Assembly: GCA_944372665.1 (NCBI GenBank)
Contig: CALVZV010000001.1
Location: forward strand, 4,714-68,713
Reading direction: 5' to 3'
DNA length: 64,000 nucleotides
Source of the DNA: an uncultured Clostridia bacterium
GTDB taxonomy: Bacteria > Bacillota > Clostridia > Christensenellales > DTU072
This document shows, in pieces, positions 48,839 through 57,285 of this stretch; the stretch's first letter is position 1; every line of letters begins with the position of its first letter. The notes under the pieces were generated by a model, which saw only the letters and a list, made by a program, of their open reading frames with translations, searched no databases and was not told where the DNA came from. The translations under genes and the position numbers were made by a program.

Positions 48839-49940
48839 GGGTATATATATTCATATCCCGTTTTGCACGGGAAAATGTTTTTATTGCGATTTTTATTCCG
48901 TAAAGGCAAACGAAAACCTGATGGCAAAATACGTTTCGGCGCTTAAATGCGAGATACGTTCGTCTGCCGGTAAATTTTCCGAAGCCGTGGCAGACACGCT
49001 GTATTTCGGAGGAGGAACGCCCTCACTCGTCGGCGCGGAGCGTATTGCCGAAATCATCAAAACGGTCAAAGACTGTTTTCCCGCCGCGTTCGGGGAAGTG
49101 AGCATGGAATGCAATCCGCAGCCGGACATCGATTACGCCGCTTACCGCGACGCCGGAGTGGACAGACTGAGTATGGGCGTGCAGTCGCTTGACGACGAAA
49201 CGCTGAGGCTGTCGGGCAGGCGCCACAGCGCGTCCGAAGCCGCCGAGGCGCTGGAGCGTGCCGGCAGGGTATTCGGCAATATAAGCGCGGACGTAATGCT
49301 GGGACTGCCTGCGCAGAGCGTTCGCTCCGCAGTCGAGACCGTAAGCCGTCTTGCCGAGCGGTTAAAGCACGTTTCGATGTATATGCTGAAACTCGAAAAA
49401 GGCACCGCATTGTATAAATCCGTATCTGAAAAAACGGTTTCGCTGCCGTCAGAGGACGAAACGGTAGATATGTACGATGCATGCATGGCTGAATTGCATA
49501 AAAAGGGTATCTACCGCTACGAAATAAGCAATTTTGCCGTAAAAGGGTTCGAGTCGCGTCATAACCTCAAATACTGGCACCGAGAAGAATATCTCGGCTT
49601 CGGCGCCGCCGCGCACGGCTTTGCCGACAATATAAGGTACGCCAATCCGCGGTCGCTGAACGCCTATATCGCAGGCTTGAATTTCGCTTCGGGCGGGGCG
49701 GAAAGCTATGCCGTGTCTTCGGAAGACGCCGAGGAGGAAGCCGTCATGCTGGCGCTCAGGACGGATAAAGGGCTGGATGTGGAGCGTTTCAACGCCGAGT
49801 TCGGCTCAGACTTCTTTTCCCGTTTTTCCGACGCGATAGAAAAATGCAGGGAGCTTACCGAATTCGACGGCAGGTTTTTCAGGATCAAGCCCCGAAAACT
49901 GCTGTTCGAAAGTTACGTGGCGCGCGAATTCATGCGCTGA
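48825..49940 (+). CDS. hemW: Radical SAM heme chaperone HemW (HemN-like, oxygen-independent coproporphyrinogen oxidase family)
   Basis: 371 aa. [17 protein letters not shown] radical SAM motif, plus the HemN C-domain. Lies downstream of lepA, as in Bacillus. Confidence 0.88.
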   Translation: MTKTRGIYIHIPFCTGKCFYCDFYSVKANENLMAKYVSALKCEIRSSAGKFSEAVADTLYFGGGTPSLVGAERIAEIIKTVKDCFPAAFGEVSMECNPQPDIDYAAYRDAGVDRLSMGVQSLDDETLRLSGRRHSASEAAEALERAGRVFGNISADVMLGLPAQSVRSAVETVSRLAERLKHVSMYMLKLEKGTALYKSVSEKTVSLPSEDETVDMYDACMAELHKKGIYRYEISNFAVKGFESRHNLKYWHREEYLGFGAAAHGFADNIRYANPRSLNAYIAGLNFASGGAESYAVSSEDAEEEAVMLALRTDKGLDVERFNAEFGSDFFSRFSDAIEKCRELTEFDGRFFRIKPRKLLFESYVAREFMR

Positions 49941-49979
49941 AAAATTTTTAAAAATGTTCGGAAAATGTTTTTCAATCCG

Positions 49980-50008
49980 TTGACAACGGACATAATTACG
50001 AATATAAT
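49980..50008 (+). promoter_or_regulatory. Consensus sigma-A promoter of the hrcA-grpE-dnaK-dnaJ operon
   Basis: TTGACA (49980-49985), 17 nt, TATAAT (50003-50008). Confidence 0.7.
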
Positions 50009-50012
50009 ACAT

Positions 50013-50039
50013 TTAGCAGTCGGGCAAGAGGATTGCTAA
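50013..50039 (+). promoter_or_regulatory. CIRCE operator (HrcA binding site)
   Basis: TTAGCAGTC-N9-GATTGCTAA against the consensus TTAGCACTC-N9-GAGTGCTAA. An inverted repeat with one arm mismatch, lying 5 nt downstream of the -10. Confidence 0.87.
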
Positions 50040-50085
50040 CAAAGCAAACGTCGTTTTGCCAATTATATGCCGAGGTAGCGCTTCG

Positions 50086-51126
50086 ATGGAAAGATTATCG
50101 GAAAGAAAACACAACATTCTGAAAGCCGTCGTCGAGGAATATATCCGCGAGGCGAAAGAGGTTTCCAGCGGCGACTTGCACGGAAAGCATTTTTCGGCTA
50201 TAAGTTCGGCTACCATCAGGGCAGAGCTTGCCGCGCTGACGGATATGGGTTATCTTACCCAGCCTCACACTTCGGCGGGAAGAAGCCCCACGCCAAAAGC
50301 ATATAAGTATTACGTCGAGTATTTCGTGAACCGCAAACCGCTTCAGAAGCGCGACGTTCAGCTTATAGACGCTTCGTTCGCCGCCAAATTCAACGCCGTC
50401 GAGGACATAGTCAGGACCACCGCCAAGGTTATAAGCGACGTCACCAACTATACCTCGGTCATCGTTTTGCAGAACGTGGACGGCGTCGAGATAAAGGAAA
50501 TAAAACTGGTCGGGCTGGATTCGCATTCGGCTTTGGTGATAATCATAACCGATTCGGGGATCATACGCGACAAGGTCATTTCGCTGAAAAACGTAGTCGA
50601 CGACGGGTTCATATCCAGCGCCGCGCTGATGCTGAACAAGATATTCGGCGGCAGGCGCGTGTCGGAGCTGGAAGACGCCATGAATTCCGTTGACCGCGAA
50701 CTGAACGAGTTTAAGGAACTTTTCGACAACGTGGTGGCTATGCTGAAGGCATACAGCTCCGTTACCGACGATTCGGTGTTTATGGAAGGCGAAAGCAAAA
50801 TGCTGGACTATCCCGAAGCCGATATGGGCAGCGCGAAGAAATTTCTCAGCATGATCGACAACAAAAGTCTTGTCGGAGCGCTTATCGATTCTGCCGACGA
50901 CATCGAATTCAGCGTCAAGATCGGCAAGGACGAAACGCAGGGAATGGAAAAATGCGCCGTTATCAGCGCAAAGTACAAACTCAACGGCAGGGATATGGGT
51001 TCCGCGGGCGTCATAGGTCCCGAAAGAATGGACTACAGCAAAGTGATGTCGGTACTCAGCTATATCGGCAAGACGCTGAACGCGGTCAAAGGAAATATCG
51101 ACGAAAAAGGAGATAAGGATGAGTAA
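50086..51126 (+). CDS. hrcA: Heat-inducible transcription repressor HrcA
   Basis: Start moved from 50056 to the ATG at 50086 (MERLSERKHNILKAVVEEYI...). Winged-helix N-terminus plus the HrcA C-domain. Confidence 0.92.
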   Translation: MERLSERKHNILKAVVEEYIREAKEVSSGDLHGKHFSAISSATIRAELAALTDMGYLTQPHTSAGRSPTPKAYKYYVEYFVNRKPLQKRDVQLIDASFAAKFNAVEDIVRTTAKVISDVTNYTSVIVLQNVDGVEIKEIKLVGLDSHSALVIIITDSGIIRDKVISLKNVVDDGFISSAALMLNKIFGGRRVSELEDAMNSVDRELNEFKELFDNVVAMLKAYSSVTDDSVFMEGESKMLDYPEADMGSAKKFLSMIDNKSLVGALIDSADDIEFSVKIGKDETQGMEKCAVISAKYKLNGRDMGSAGVIGPERMDYSKVMSVLSYIGKTLNAVKGNIDEKGDKDE

Positions 51127-51700
51127 AGATAAAGACAAAAACAACGTCGCAAAAAACGCGGAGACGGAAAGCGCCGAGGAAGAAAAAATCGGCGAAAGCG
51201 TCGAAGAGGGCGAGGAAATCGCCTGCGAAGACGCTGCAGGGTGCGCCGAATCCGAAGACCAGGAACCCGATCTTATCGCGCTGGCGCAGCAGAAGATCGA
51301 CGAATACAAGGACACTCTCCAGCGCGTCAGCGCGGAATTCGACAATTACCGCAAGCGCACGCAGGACGCTGTCAAGAACGCCAGAGCGGACGGCGCGGAC
51401 GACGTTCTGGAAGCTTTTTTGCCGGTGCTGGACGCGGTAGAGATAGCAATAGGCATGATCGGAGACGAAGCCACGCTTAAGGGCGTGAAGCTTATCGAAA
51501 AACAGTTCAGGGATCTGTTTTCCAAATACGGCGTCGAGGAGATCGAGGCGCTGGGCAGGGAATTCGATCCGGCATACCACAACGCCGTAATGCAGGTGGA
51601 GGACGCCGACAACGCCGGTAAAGTGGTGGAAGTTATCAGAAAAGGATATAAACGCGCGGGACGGATAATCCGTTACGCGATGGTAAAAGTGGCAAAATGA
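51119..51700 (+). CDS. grpE: Nucleotide exchange factor GrpE
   Basis: 193 aa. Acidic N-terminus, [21 protein letters not shown]. Confidence 0.93.
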   Translation: MSKDKDKNNVAKNAETESAEEEKIGESVEEGEEIACEDAAGCAESEDQEPDLIALAQQKIDEYKDTLQRVSAEFDNYRKRTQDAVKNARADGADDVLEAFLPVLDAVEIAIGMIGDEATLKGVKLIEKQFRDLFSKYGVEEIEALGREFDPAYHNAVMQVEDADNAGKVVEVIRKGYKRAGRIIRYAMVKVAK

Positions 51701-51703
51701 CGC

Positions 51704-51723
51704 CGGTATATACGGATATACCG
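51704..51723 (+). other. Perfect 8-bp hairpin between grpE and dnaK (processing or partial-termination element?)
   Basis: CGGTATAT-acgg-ATATACCG. No U-tract follows. Confidence 0.4.
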
Positions 51724-51761
51724 CGTTAAAAATAAATATAGATATAAAAGGAGATGGAAAT

Positions 51762-53585
51762 ATGTCGAAAATCATAGGAATAGACCTCGGAACAACCAAC
51801 TCGTGCGTAGCCGTCATGGAAGGCGGCGAAGCGACCGTAATAGCAAACGCCGAAGGCGCGCGCACCACGCCCAGCGTCGTAGGATTCACCAAAAACGGAG
51901 AAAGACTGGTAGGGCAGCTTGCAAAACGTCAGGCGGTCGTCAATCCCGACAGGACGGTTTCCTCGATAAAGAGGGAAATGGGCACCGATTACAGGGTCCA
52001 TATCGACGATAAAGCGTACACTCCCCAGGAAATTTCGGCGATGATCCTGACCAAGCTCAAAAAAGACGCCGAAGATTATCTCGGACAGAAGATCGAAAAG
52101 GCGGTCATCACCGTGCCCGCATACTTTTCGGACTCTCAGCGTCAGGCGACCAAGGACGCCGGAAAGATTGCCGGACTCGAAGTCATGAGGATCATCAACG
52201 AGCCCACCGCGGCGGCCCTCGCCTACGGACTCGACAAGGGCGACAAGTCGCAGAAGATCCTTATTTACGACCTGGGCGGCGGCACGTTCGACGTGTCCAT
52301 ACTCGAACTGGGCGACGGCGTGTTCGAGGTGCTTGCCACCAACGGCAACACCCGCCTCGGCGGCGACGATTTCGATAAGAGAGTAATGGATTGGATCGTA
52401 TCCGAATTCAAAAACGCCAACGGTATCGATTTAAGTTCCGACAAAATGGCGATGCAGCGCGTCAAGGAAGCCGCCGAAAAAGCCAAGATCGAGCTCAGCG
52501 GCATGACCAAGGTCAACATCAACCTGCCGTTCATCACCGTGGGTTCGAACGGACCTTTGCATATCGACCTCGACCTTACCCGCGCCAAGTTCGACGACAT
52601 GACCGCGGATCTGGTCAAAGCCACCGTCGGTCCCACGCTCCAGGCGCTTAAGGACGCGGGTCTCAAAATGTCCGATCTCGACAAAGTAGTGCTGGTCGGC
52701 GGCTCCACCCGTATCCCCGCAGTCGTGGACGCGGTCAAAAACGTCACCGGCAAAGAGCCGTATAAGGGCATCAACCCCGACGAATGCGTGGCTCTCGGCG
52801 CGGCTATACAGGGCGGCGTTCTCGCAGGCGACGTCAAGGACGTACTGCTTCTGGACGTCACTCCTCTGTCGCTGGGTATCGAAACGATGGGCGGCGTGTT
52901 CACCAAGCTTATCGACCGCAACACCACGATACCGACCAAGAAGTCGCAGATATTCTCGACGGCTTCCGACAACCAGACCTCGGTGGACGTACACGTCCTG
53001 CAGGGCGAACGTCCCATGGCGGCAGACAACAAGACCCTCGGCAGATTCGAACTGACCGGGATACCGCCTGCCATGAGAGGGGTACCTCAAATCGAGGTTA
53101 CGTTCGATATAGACGCCAACGGCATAGTGTCGGTCACGGCTGTCGACAAGGGCACCAACAAGTCCGCCAACATCACCATCACGGCTTCCAGCAACCTTTC
53201 CAAGGAGGAGATCGACCGCGCCGTCAAGGAAGCGGAGAAATATGCCGAGGAAGACAAGAAGCGTAAAGATCTGGTCGACATGAAGAACCAGGCGGAGCAG
53301 CTTGTTCTTGCGGTCGAAAAAGCGGTGAGCGAATCCGGCGACAAACTCAGCGAGGACGAAAAGAATACTCTGACGGAAGCCGCGAAGACAGCAAAAGAAA
53401 AGCTTAACACGGCTACCGACGCCGACGCGGTAAAGGCGATAACCGAGGAGCTTTCCAAAGCCACCAACCCGATTTTCACCAAACTTTACCAGCAGGCGGC
53501 GGCAGGCGCTCAGCCCGGAGCCGAACAGGCGGGCGGAGCGGACGACGGCACGACTATCAACGTCGACCCGGACGACATAAAATAA
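51762..53585 (+). CDS. dnaK: Molecular chaperone DnaK (Hsp70)
   Basis: 607 aa. [25 protein letters not shown], and the rest of the Hsp70 core. Confidence 0.98.
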   Translation: MSKIIGIDLGTTNSCVAVMEGGEATVIANAEGARTTPSVVGFTKNGERLVGQLAKRQAVVNPDRTVSSIKREMGTDYRVHIDDKAYTPQEISAMILTKLKKDAEDYLGQKIEKAVITVPAYFSDSQRQATKDAGKIAGLEVMRIINEPTAAALAYGLDKGDKSQKILIYDLGGGTFDVSILELGDGVFEVLATNGNTRLGGDDFDKRVMDWIVSEFKNANGIDLSSDKMAMQRVKEAAEKAKIELSGMTKVNINLPFITVGSNGPLHIDLDLTRAKFDDMTADLVKATVGPTLQALKDAGLKMSDLDKVVLVGGSTRIPAVVDAVKNVTGKEPYKGINPDECVALGAAIQGGVLAGDVKDVLLLDVTPLSLGIETMGGVFTKLIDRNTTIPTKKSQIFSTASDNQTSVDVHVLQGERPMAADNKTLGRFELTGIPPAMRGVPQIEVTFDIDANGIVSVTAVDKGTNKSANITITASSNLSKEEIDRAVKEAEKYAEEDKKRKDLVDMKNQAEQLVLAVEKAVSESGDKLSEDEKNTLTEAAKTAKEKLNTATDADAVKAITEELSKATNPIFTKLYQQAAAGAQPGAEQAGGADDGTTINVDPDDIK

Positions 53586-53590
53586 GATAA

Positions 53591-54748
53591 ATGGCAAAGG
53601 ATTATTACGAAATTTTAGGTGTAGACAAAAAGGCGAGCGCGGACGAGATCAAGTCCGCGTATCGTCGTCTTGCCAAGAAATACCACCCGGACGTTTACGC
53701 TACAGCGTCCGAAGACGAAAAAAAGAAAGCCGAAGCCAAATTCAAAGAGATCCAGTACGCTTACGACGTGCTTAGCGATCCGCAGAAAAGAGCGGCGTTC
53801 GACCAGTACGGCAGCGAAGACGGACCCATGGGCGGCGGCGCGGGATTCAATCCGTTCGGCGGCGGCGCGGGCGGCTTCGGAGGCTTCAGCGATATATTCA
53901 GCGATATTTTCAGCGCTTTTTCGGGCGGAGCGTCTTCGTCGGGCAGGGGCGCCAACGCCGCCAGGCAGGGCGACGACATAGAAATCGAAATGGTGCTGAC
54001 CTTTAAGGAAGCCTGTTTCGGAGTAAAAAAGGAAGTAGTTTATTCGCGCATCGAAAAATGTCCTGCATGTAACGGCACGGGCGCCAAGGACGCGTCGTCG
54101 GTCAAGGTATGTACCAAATGCGGCGGCAGAGGCAGGGTGGTCGTTCAACAGCGCACCATGCTCGGCGTTATGCAGACGGAGCGCGTATGCGACATGTGCG
54201 GCGGCACGGGCAAGATAATAACGGAGCCGTGTCCCGAGTGTAAAGGCAAAGGCAGAGTCAGGAAGCAAAGGAAAGTTACTATAAACATTCCCGCAGGCGT
54301 GGACAACGGTCAGATGCTGACTCAGCAGTTCGAGGGCAACGCCGGGTACAACGGCGGACCCAACGGCAACATGATTCTCGTGTTCAGGGTCAAGCCGCAC
54401 CCGCTGTTCACGCGCCGCGGCAACGACCTGCTGTTCGACATGCCCATAACGCTGACGCAGGCGGTTTTCGGCGATACCGTCGAAATACCCACGCTGGACA
54501 AACCCGTCAGGATAGAGATCCCCGCCGGCACCAAGAACGGCACACTGTTCAAGGTAAAGGGCAAGGGCGTCAAGGATCTGAGGCGTAACGCATACGGCGA
54601 CATTCTGATCACCGTCAAAATCGACGTACCGAAGAACCTTTCGCTGAAGCAGAGAAAAGAAATGCGCGAGTATTTCGAAGAACTCGACCGCAGCGCGCAG
54701 TATGACGAAGTGGAAAAATACAAAAAGAAGCTCAAAACTCTGGACTGA
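53591..54748 (+). CDS. dnaJ: Molecular chaperone DnaJ
   Basis: 385 aa. J domain with KKYHPD, a G/F region, and four CxxCxGxG zinc motifs. Confidence 0.96.
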   Translation: MAKDYYEILGVDKKASADEIKSAYRRLAKKYHPDVYATASEDEKKKAEAKFKEIQYAYDVLSDPQKRAAFDQYGSEDGPMGGGAGFNPFGGGAGGFGGFSDIFSDIFSAFSGGASSSGRGANAARQGDDIEIEMVLTFKEACFGVKKEVVYSRIEKCPACNGTGAKDASSVKVCTKCGGRGRVVVQQRTMLGVMQTERVCDMCGGTGKIITEPCPECKGKGRVRKQRKVTINIPAGVDNGQMLTQQFEGNAGYNGGPNGNMILVFRVKPHPLFTRRGNDLLFDMPITLTQAVFGDTVEIPTLDKPVRIEIPAGTKNGTLFKVKGKGVKDLRRNAYGDILITVKIDVPKNLSLKQRKEMREYFEELDRSAQYDEVEKYKKKLKTLD

Positions 54749-56901
54749 TGTATTTTGAAATAAGATTGAAGACCGCCGCCGAATGGCAGGAACTCGTTTC
54801 GGACGCCATGTGGACGGCAGGCGCATGCGGAGTCGAGATAAAGGACGTCAAAGACGTGTTCGACGCGCTGCACGACCCGATGAACTGGGATTACGTGGAC
54901 GATTCCGTGCTTACCGACGACGGTTCGGTCACGGTAAAGGGTATTTTCGCGGATCGATGCGTCAAAGAAACGGAAAATGCGGTGAGGGAGGCCCTGGCGG
55001 CTTATCCCTCACTTTCTTATACGGATTTTCAGACGGCGGCGGGCGAAGACGAGGACTGGGAAAACGGCTGGAAAAAATTTCACAATCCCGTCGGCGCCGG
55101 CGATTACGAGCTGGTTCCCGTATGGCTGAAGGACGAATACGTTTCTTCCGGAGGCACCGTGATCTATATCAACCCCGCGACGGCGTTCGGCACGGGGGAG
55201 CATGCTTCCACCAGGCTGGCGCTTAAACTGATGTCGGGGCTGACATGCTTCAAAAAGGTGATAGACATCGGTACGGGAAGCGGAATACTCGGCGTCGCCG
55301 CAGCCAAATCGGGCGCGAAAAGCGTGCTCATGACCGATTTCGATCCCGAAGCGGTCGCCGCGGCGAAGGACTCGGCGGCGCTGAACGGCGTTGCGGAGTT
55401 TACCGAGATACGTGAGGCGGACCTCACCGCAGGGATAAACGAAAAAGCCGAACTGCTGCTTGCCAACCTTACCGCGGATATATTGCTGAAACTTCTGGTA
55501 AACGTGCGTTCCGTGACCGTGCCGGGCGCGGTTGCGGTGCTGTCGGGCATCCTTTCCTCGCGCGCCGACGAAGTTATAAACGCCTATTCGGAAGCGGGCA
55601 TCGTTCTGGAGGAAAGAATGGACGAAGGCGAATGGACGGCGCTTAAAATGCGCGTCAAACCATGCGCTTCGGTGTTTAATCTCGGCTGCAAGACCAATCA
55701 GTACGAATGCGACGTGGTCAGCGCAAAGCTTCAGAGCAAAGGCTATTTCGTGACGGACGAGCTGGTATACGCCGACTGTTATTTCGTCAATACCTGTGCG
55801 GTGACGGCGGAAGCGGAGAGAAAATCCAGACAGATCGTGTCCAGATGCCTGAGGCATAATCCCGACGCGGATATATACGTATTCGGATGCGCGTCCGAAA
55901 AAAATCCCGCTTTTTATATTTCCAAAGGCATAAAGTATACGTCGGGTACGGGCGGCAAATATCTGTCGGTAAACGCGGTTTCGGAGTCGGGACAGAAATC
56001 TGTCTATTATCCTAAAACCGAATATGAGCTTCCCGGCTGCCTGCCTAAGAGTACCCGAACAAGGGCTTTGGTGAAAATAGAGGACGGCTGTGACAACTTT
56101 TGCTCATATTGCGTTATACCTTATCTGAGGGGCAGGGCGAGGAGCGCTTCCGTAGAAGATGCCGCCTGCGAGATAAAGCGGCTTGCCGAAACCAGCCGTG
56201 AAATAGTCATAACGGGCATTAACCTTTCCGCCTTCGGCGCGGAACGCGGCGAGAACCTTGCCGCACTGATGCGCGCCGTTGCCGATACCGACGTCAGGAT
56301 AAGGCTGGGTTCGTTCTATGCCGAGGGCATAGACGAAGAACTGCTGGACGCCCTGAAAGGGCTGAAACGGTTTTGTCCGCATTTTCATCTGTCGCTTCAA
56401 AGCGGTTCCGACAGGATTCTGAGAGCCATGAACCGCCGCTATACGGCACGTATGTATTTGGACAAAATAGCCGCCGTCCGCAGTCGTTTCCCGCTGGCTT
56501 CGGTGACTACCGACGTCATCGTGGGCTTCCCCGGCGAAACGGACGCCGACTTTGCATGCACGCTGGCGCTTGCCGACGAAGCGGCATTTTCGGACATACA
56601 CATCTTCCCCTTTTCCGCAAGAGAAGGCACGGCTGCGTACAAGATGAAAAAGGTCGCCGACGACGTCAAGGCGGAAAGGGAAAAGCTGCTGAAAGCCAAA
56701 CGCGACGGGCTGCGCGCGGCATATCTGGACAAAATGTTCGGCGTGTCGCAAAGCGTGCTTTTCGAAACGCATTCGGACGGCATCAGCGCGGGCTACGGCG
56801 AATACTATATCAAATTTTATGTTGAAACGGATGACGACTATGCTATAATTAGACCGACGTCGTTATTTAAGGACGGATATAAAGGAGAGACAGTAAAATG
56901 A
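54748..56901 (+). CDS. prmA-mtaB: Fusion ORF: ribosomal protein L11 methyltransferase PrmA (aa ~1-300) joined to tRNA t6A37 methylthiotransferase MtaB/YqeV (aa ~301-717)
   Basis: Single uninterrupted 717-codon ORF. N-terminal half carries the DIGTGSGILGVAAAKSGA SAM motif and PrmA architecture. C-terminal half carries FNLGCKTNQYE (UPF0004), CDNFCSYCVIPYLRG (radical SAM) and a TRAM-like end. TGATG overlap with dnaJ. Confidence 0.85.
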   Translation: MYFEIRLKTAAEWQELVSDAMWTAGACGVEIKDVKDVFDALHDPMNWDYVDDSVLTDDGSVTVKGIFADRCVKETENAVREALAAYPSLSYTDFQTAAGEDEDWENGWKKFHNPVGAGDYELVPVWLKDEYVSSGGTVIYINPATAFGTGEHASTRLALKLMSGLTCFKKVIDIGTGSGILGVAAAKSGAKSVLMTDFDPEAVAAAKDSAALNGVAEFTEIREADLTAGINEKAELLLANLTADILLKLLVNVRSVTVPGAVAVLSGILSSRADEVINAYSEAGIVLEERMDEGEWTALKMRVKPCASVFNLGCKTNQYECDVVSAKLQSKGYFVTDELVYADCYFVNTCAVTAEAERKSRQIVSRCLRHNPDADIYVFGCASEKNPAFYISKGIKYTSGTGGKYLSVNAVSESGQKSVYYPKTEYELPGCLPKSTRTRALVKIEDGCDNFCSYCVIPYLRGRARSASVEDAACEIKRLAETSREIVITGINLSAFGAERGENLAALMRAVADTDVRIRLGSFYAEGIDEELLDALKGLKRFCPHFHLSLQSGSDRILRAMNRRYTARMYLDKIAAVRSRFPLASVTTDVIVGFPGETDADFACTLALADEAAFSDIHIFPFSAREGTAAYKMKKVADDVKAEREKLLKAKRDGLRAAYLDKMFGVSQSVLFETHSDGISAGYGEYYIKFYVETDDDYAIIRPTSLFKDGYKGETVK

Positions 56902-57239
56902 AAGACTGCATTTTCTGCAAAATAATCGCCGGCGAGATACCTTCGGCTAAAGCTTACGAGGACGACGACATCCTTATTATCGCGGACATCAATCCGCAGG
57001 CAGCCAGGCATTACCTTATGATGCCGAAAAAGCATTATTCCGATATAACGGATATGGGCGCCGCAGATCCCGCCGCCTTGGGCAAAATGTTCGAAAAACT
57101 GGCGTCGCTTACAGACAAACTGGGACTCGGCAACGGGTTCAGGATAGTTTCCAATAAGGGCGAGGACGGCTGTCAGTCCGTAAACCATCTTCATATCCAC
57201 ATTCTGGGCGGAGAGAAACTCAGCGAAAAAATGGGCTGA
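56898..57239 (+). CDS. HIT-family (histidine triad) nucleotide hydrolase
   Basis: 113 aa. CIFCKII...; HLHIHILGG histidine triad. Confidence 0.9.
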   Translation: MKDCIFCKIIAGEIPSAKAYEDDDILIIADINPQAARHYLMMPKKHYSDITDMGAADPAALGKMFEKLASLTDKLGLGNGFRIVSNKGEDGCQSVNHLHIHILGGEKLSEKMG

Positions 57240-57285
57240 CGTGTTGCGGCTTTTTAACGACTGACGAACGAAAAAGGAGCTACGA

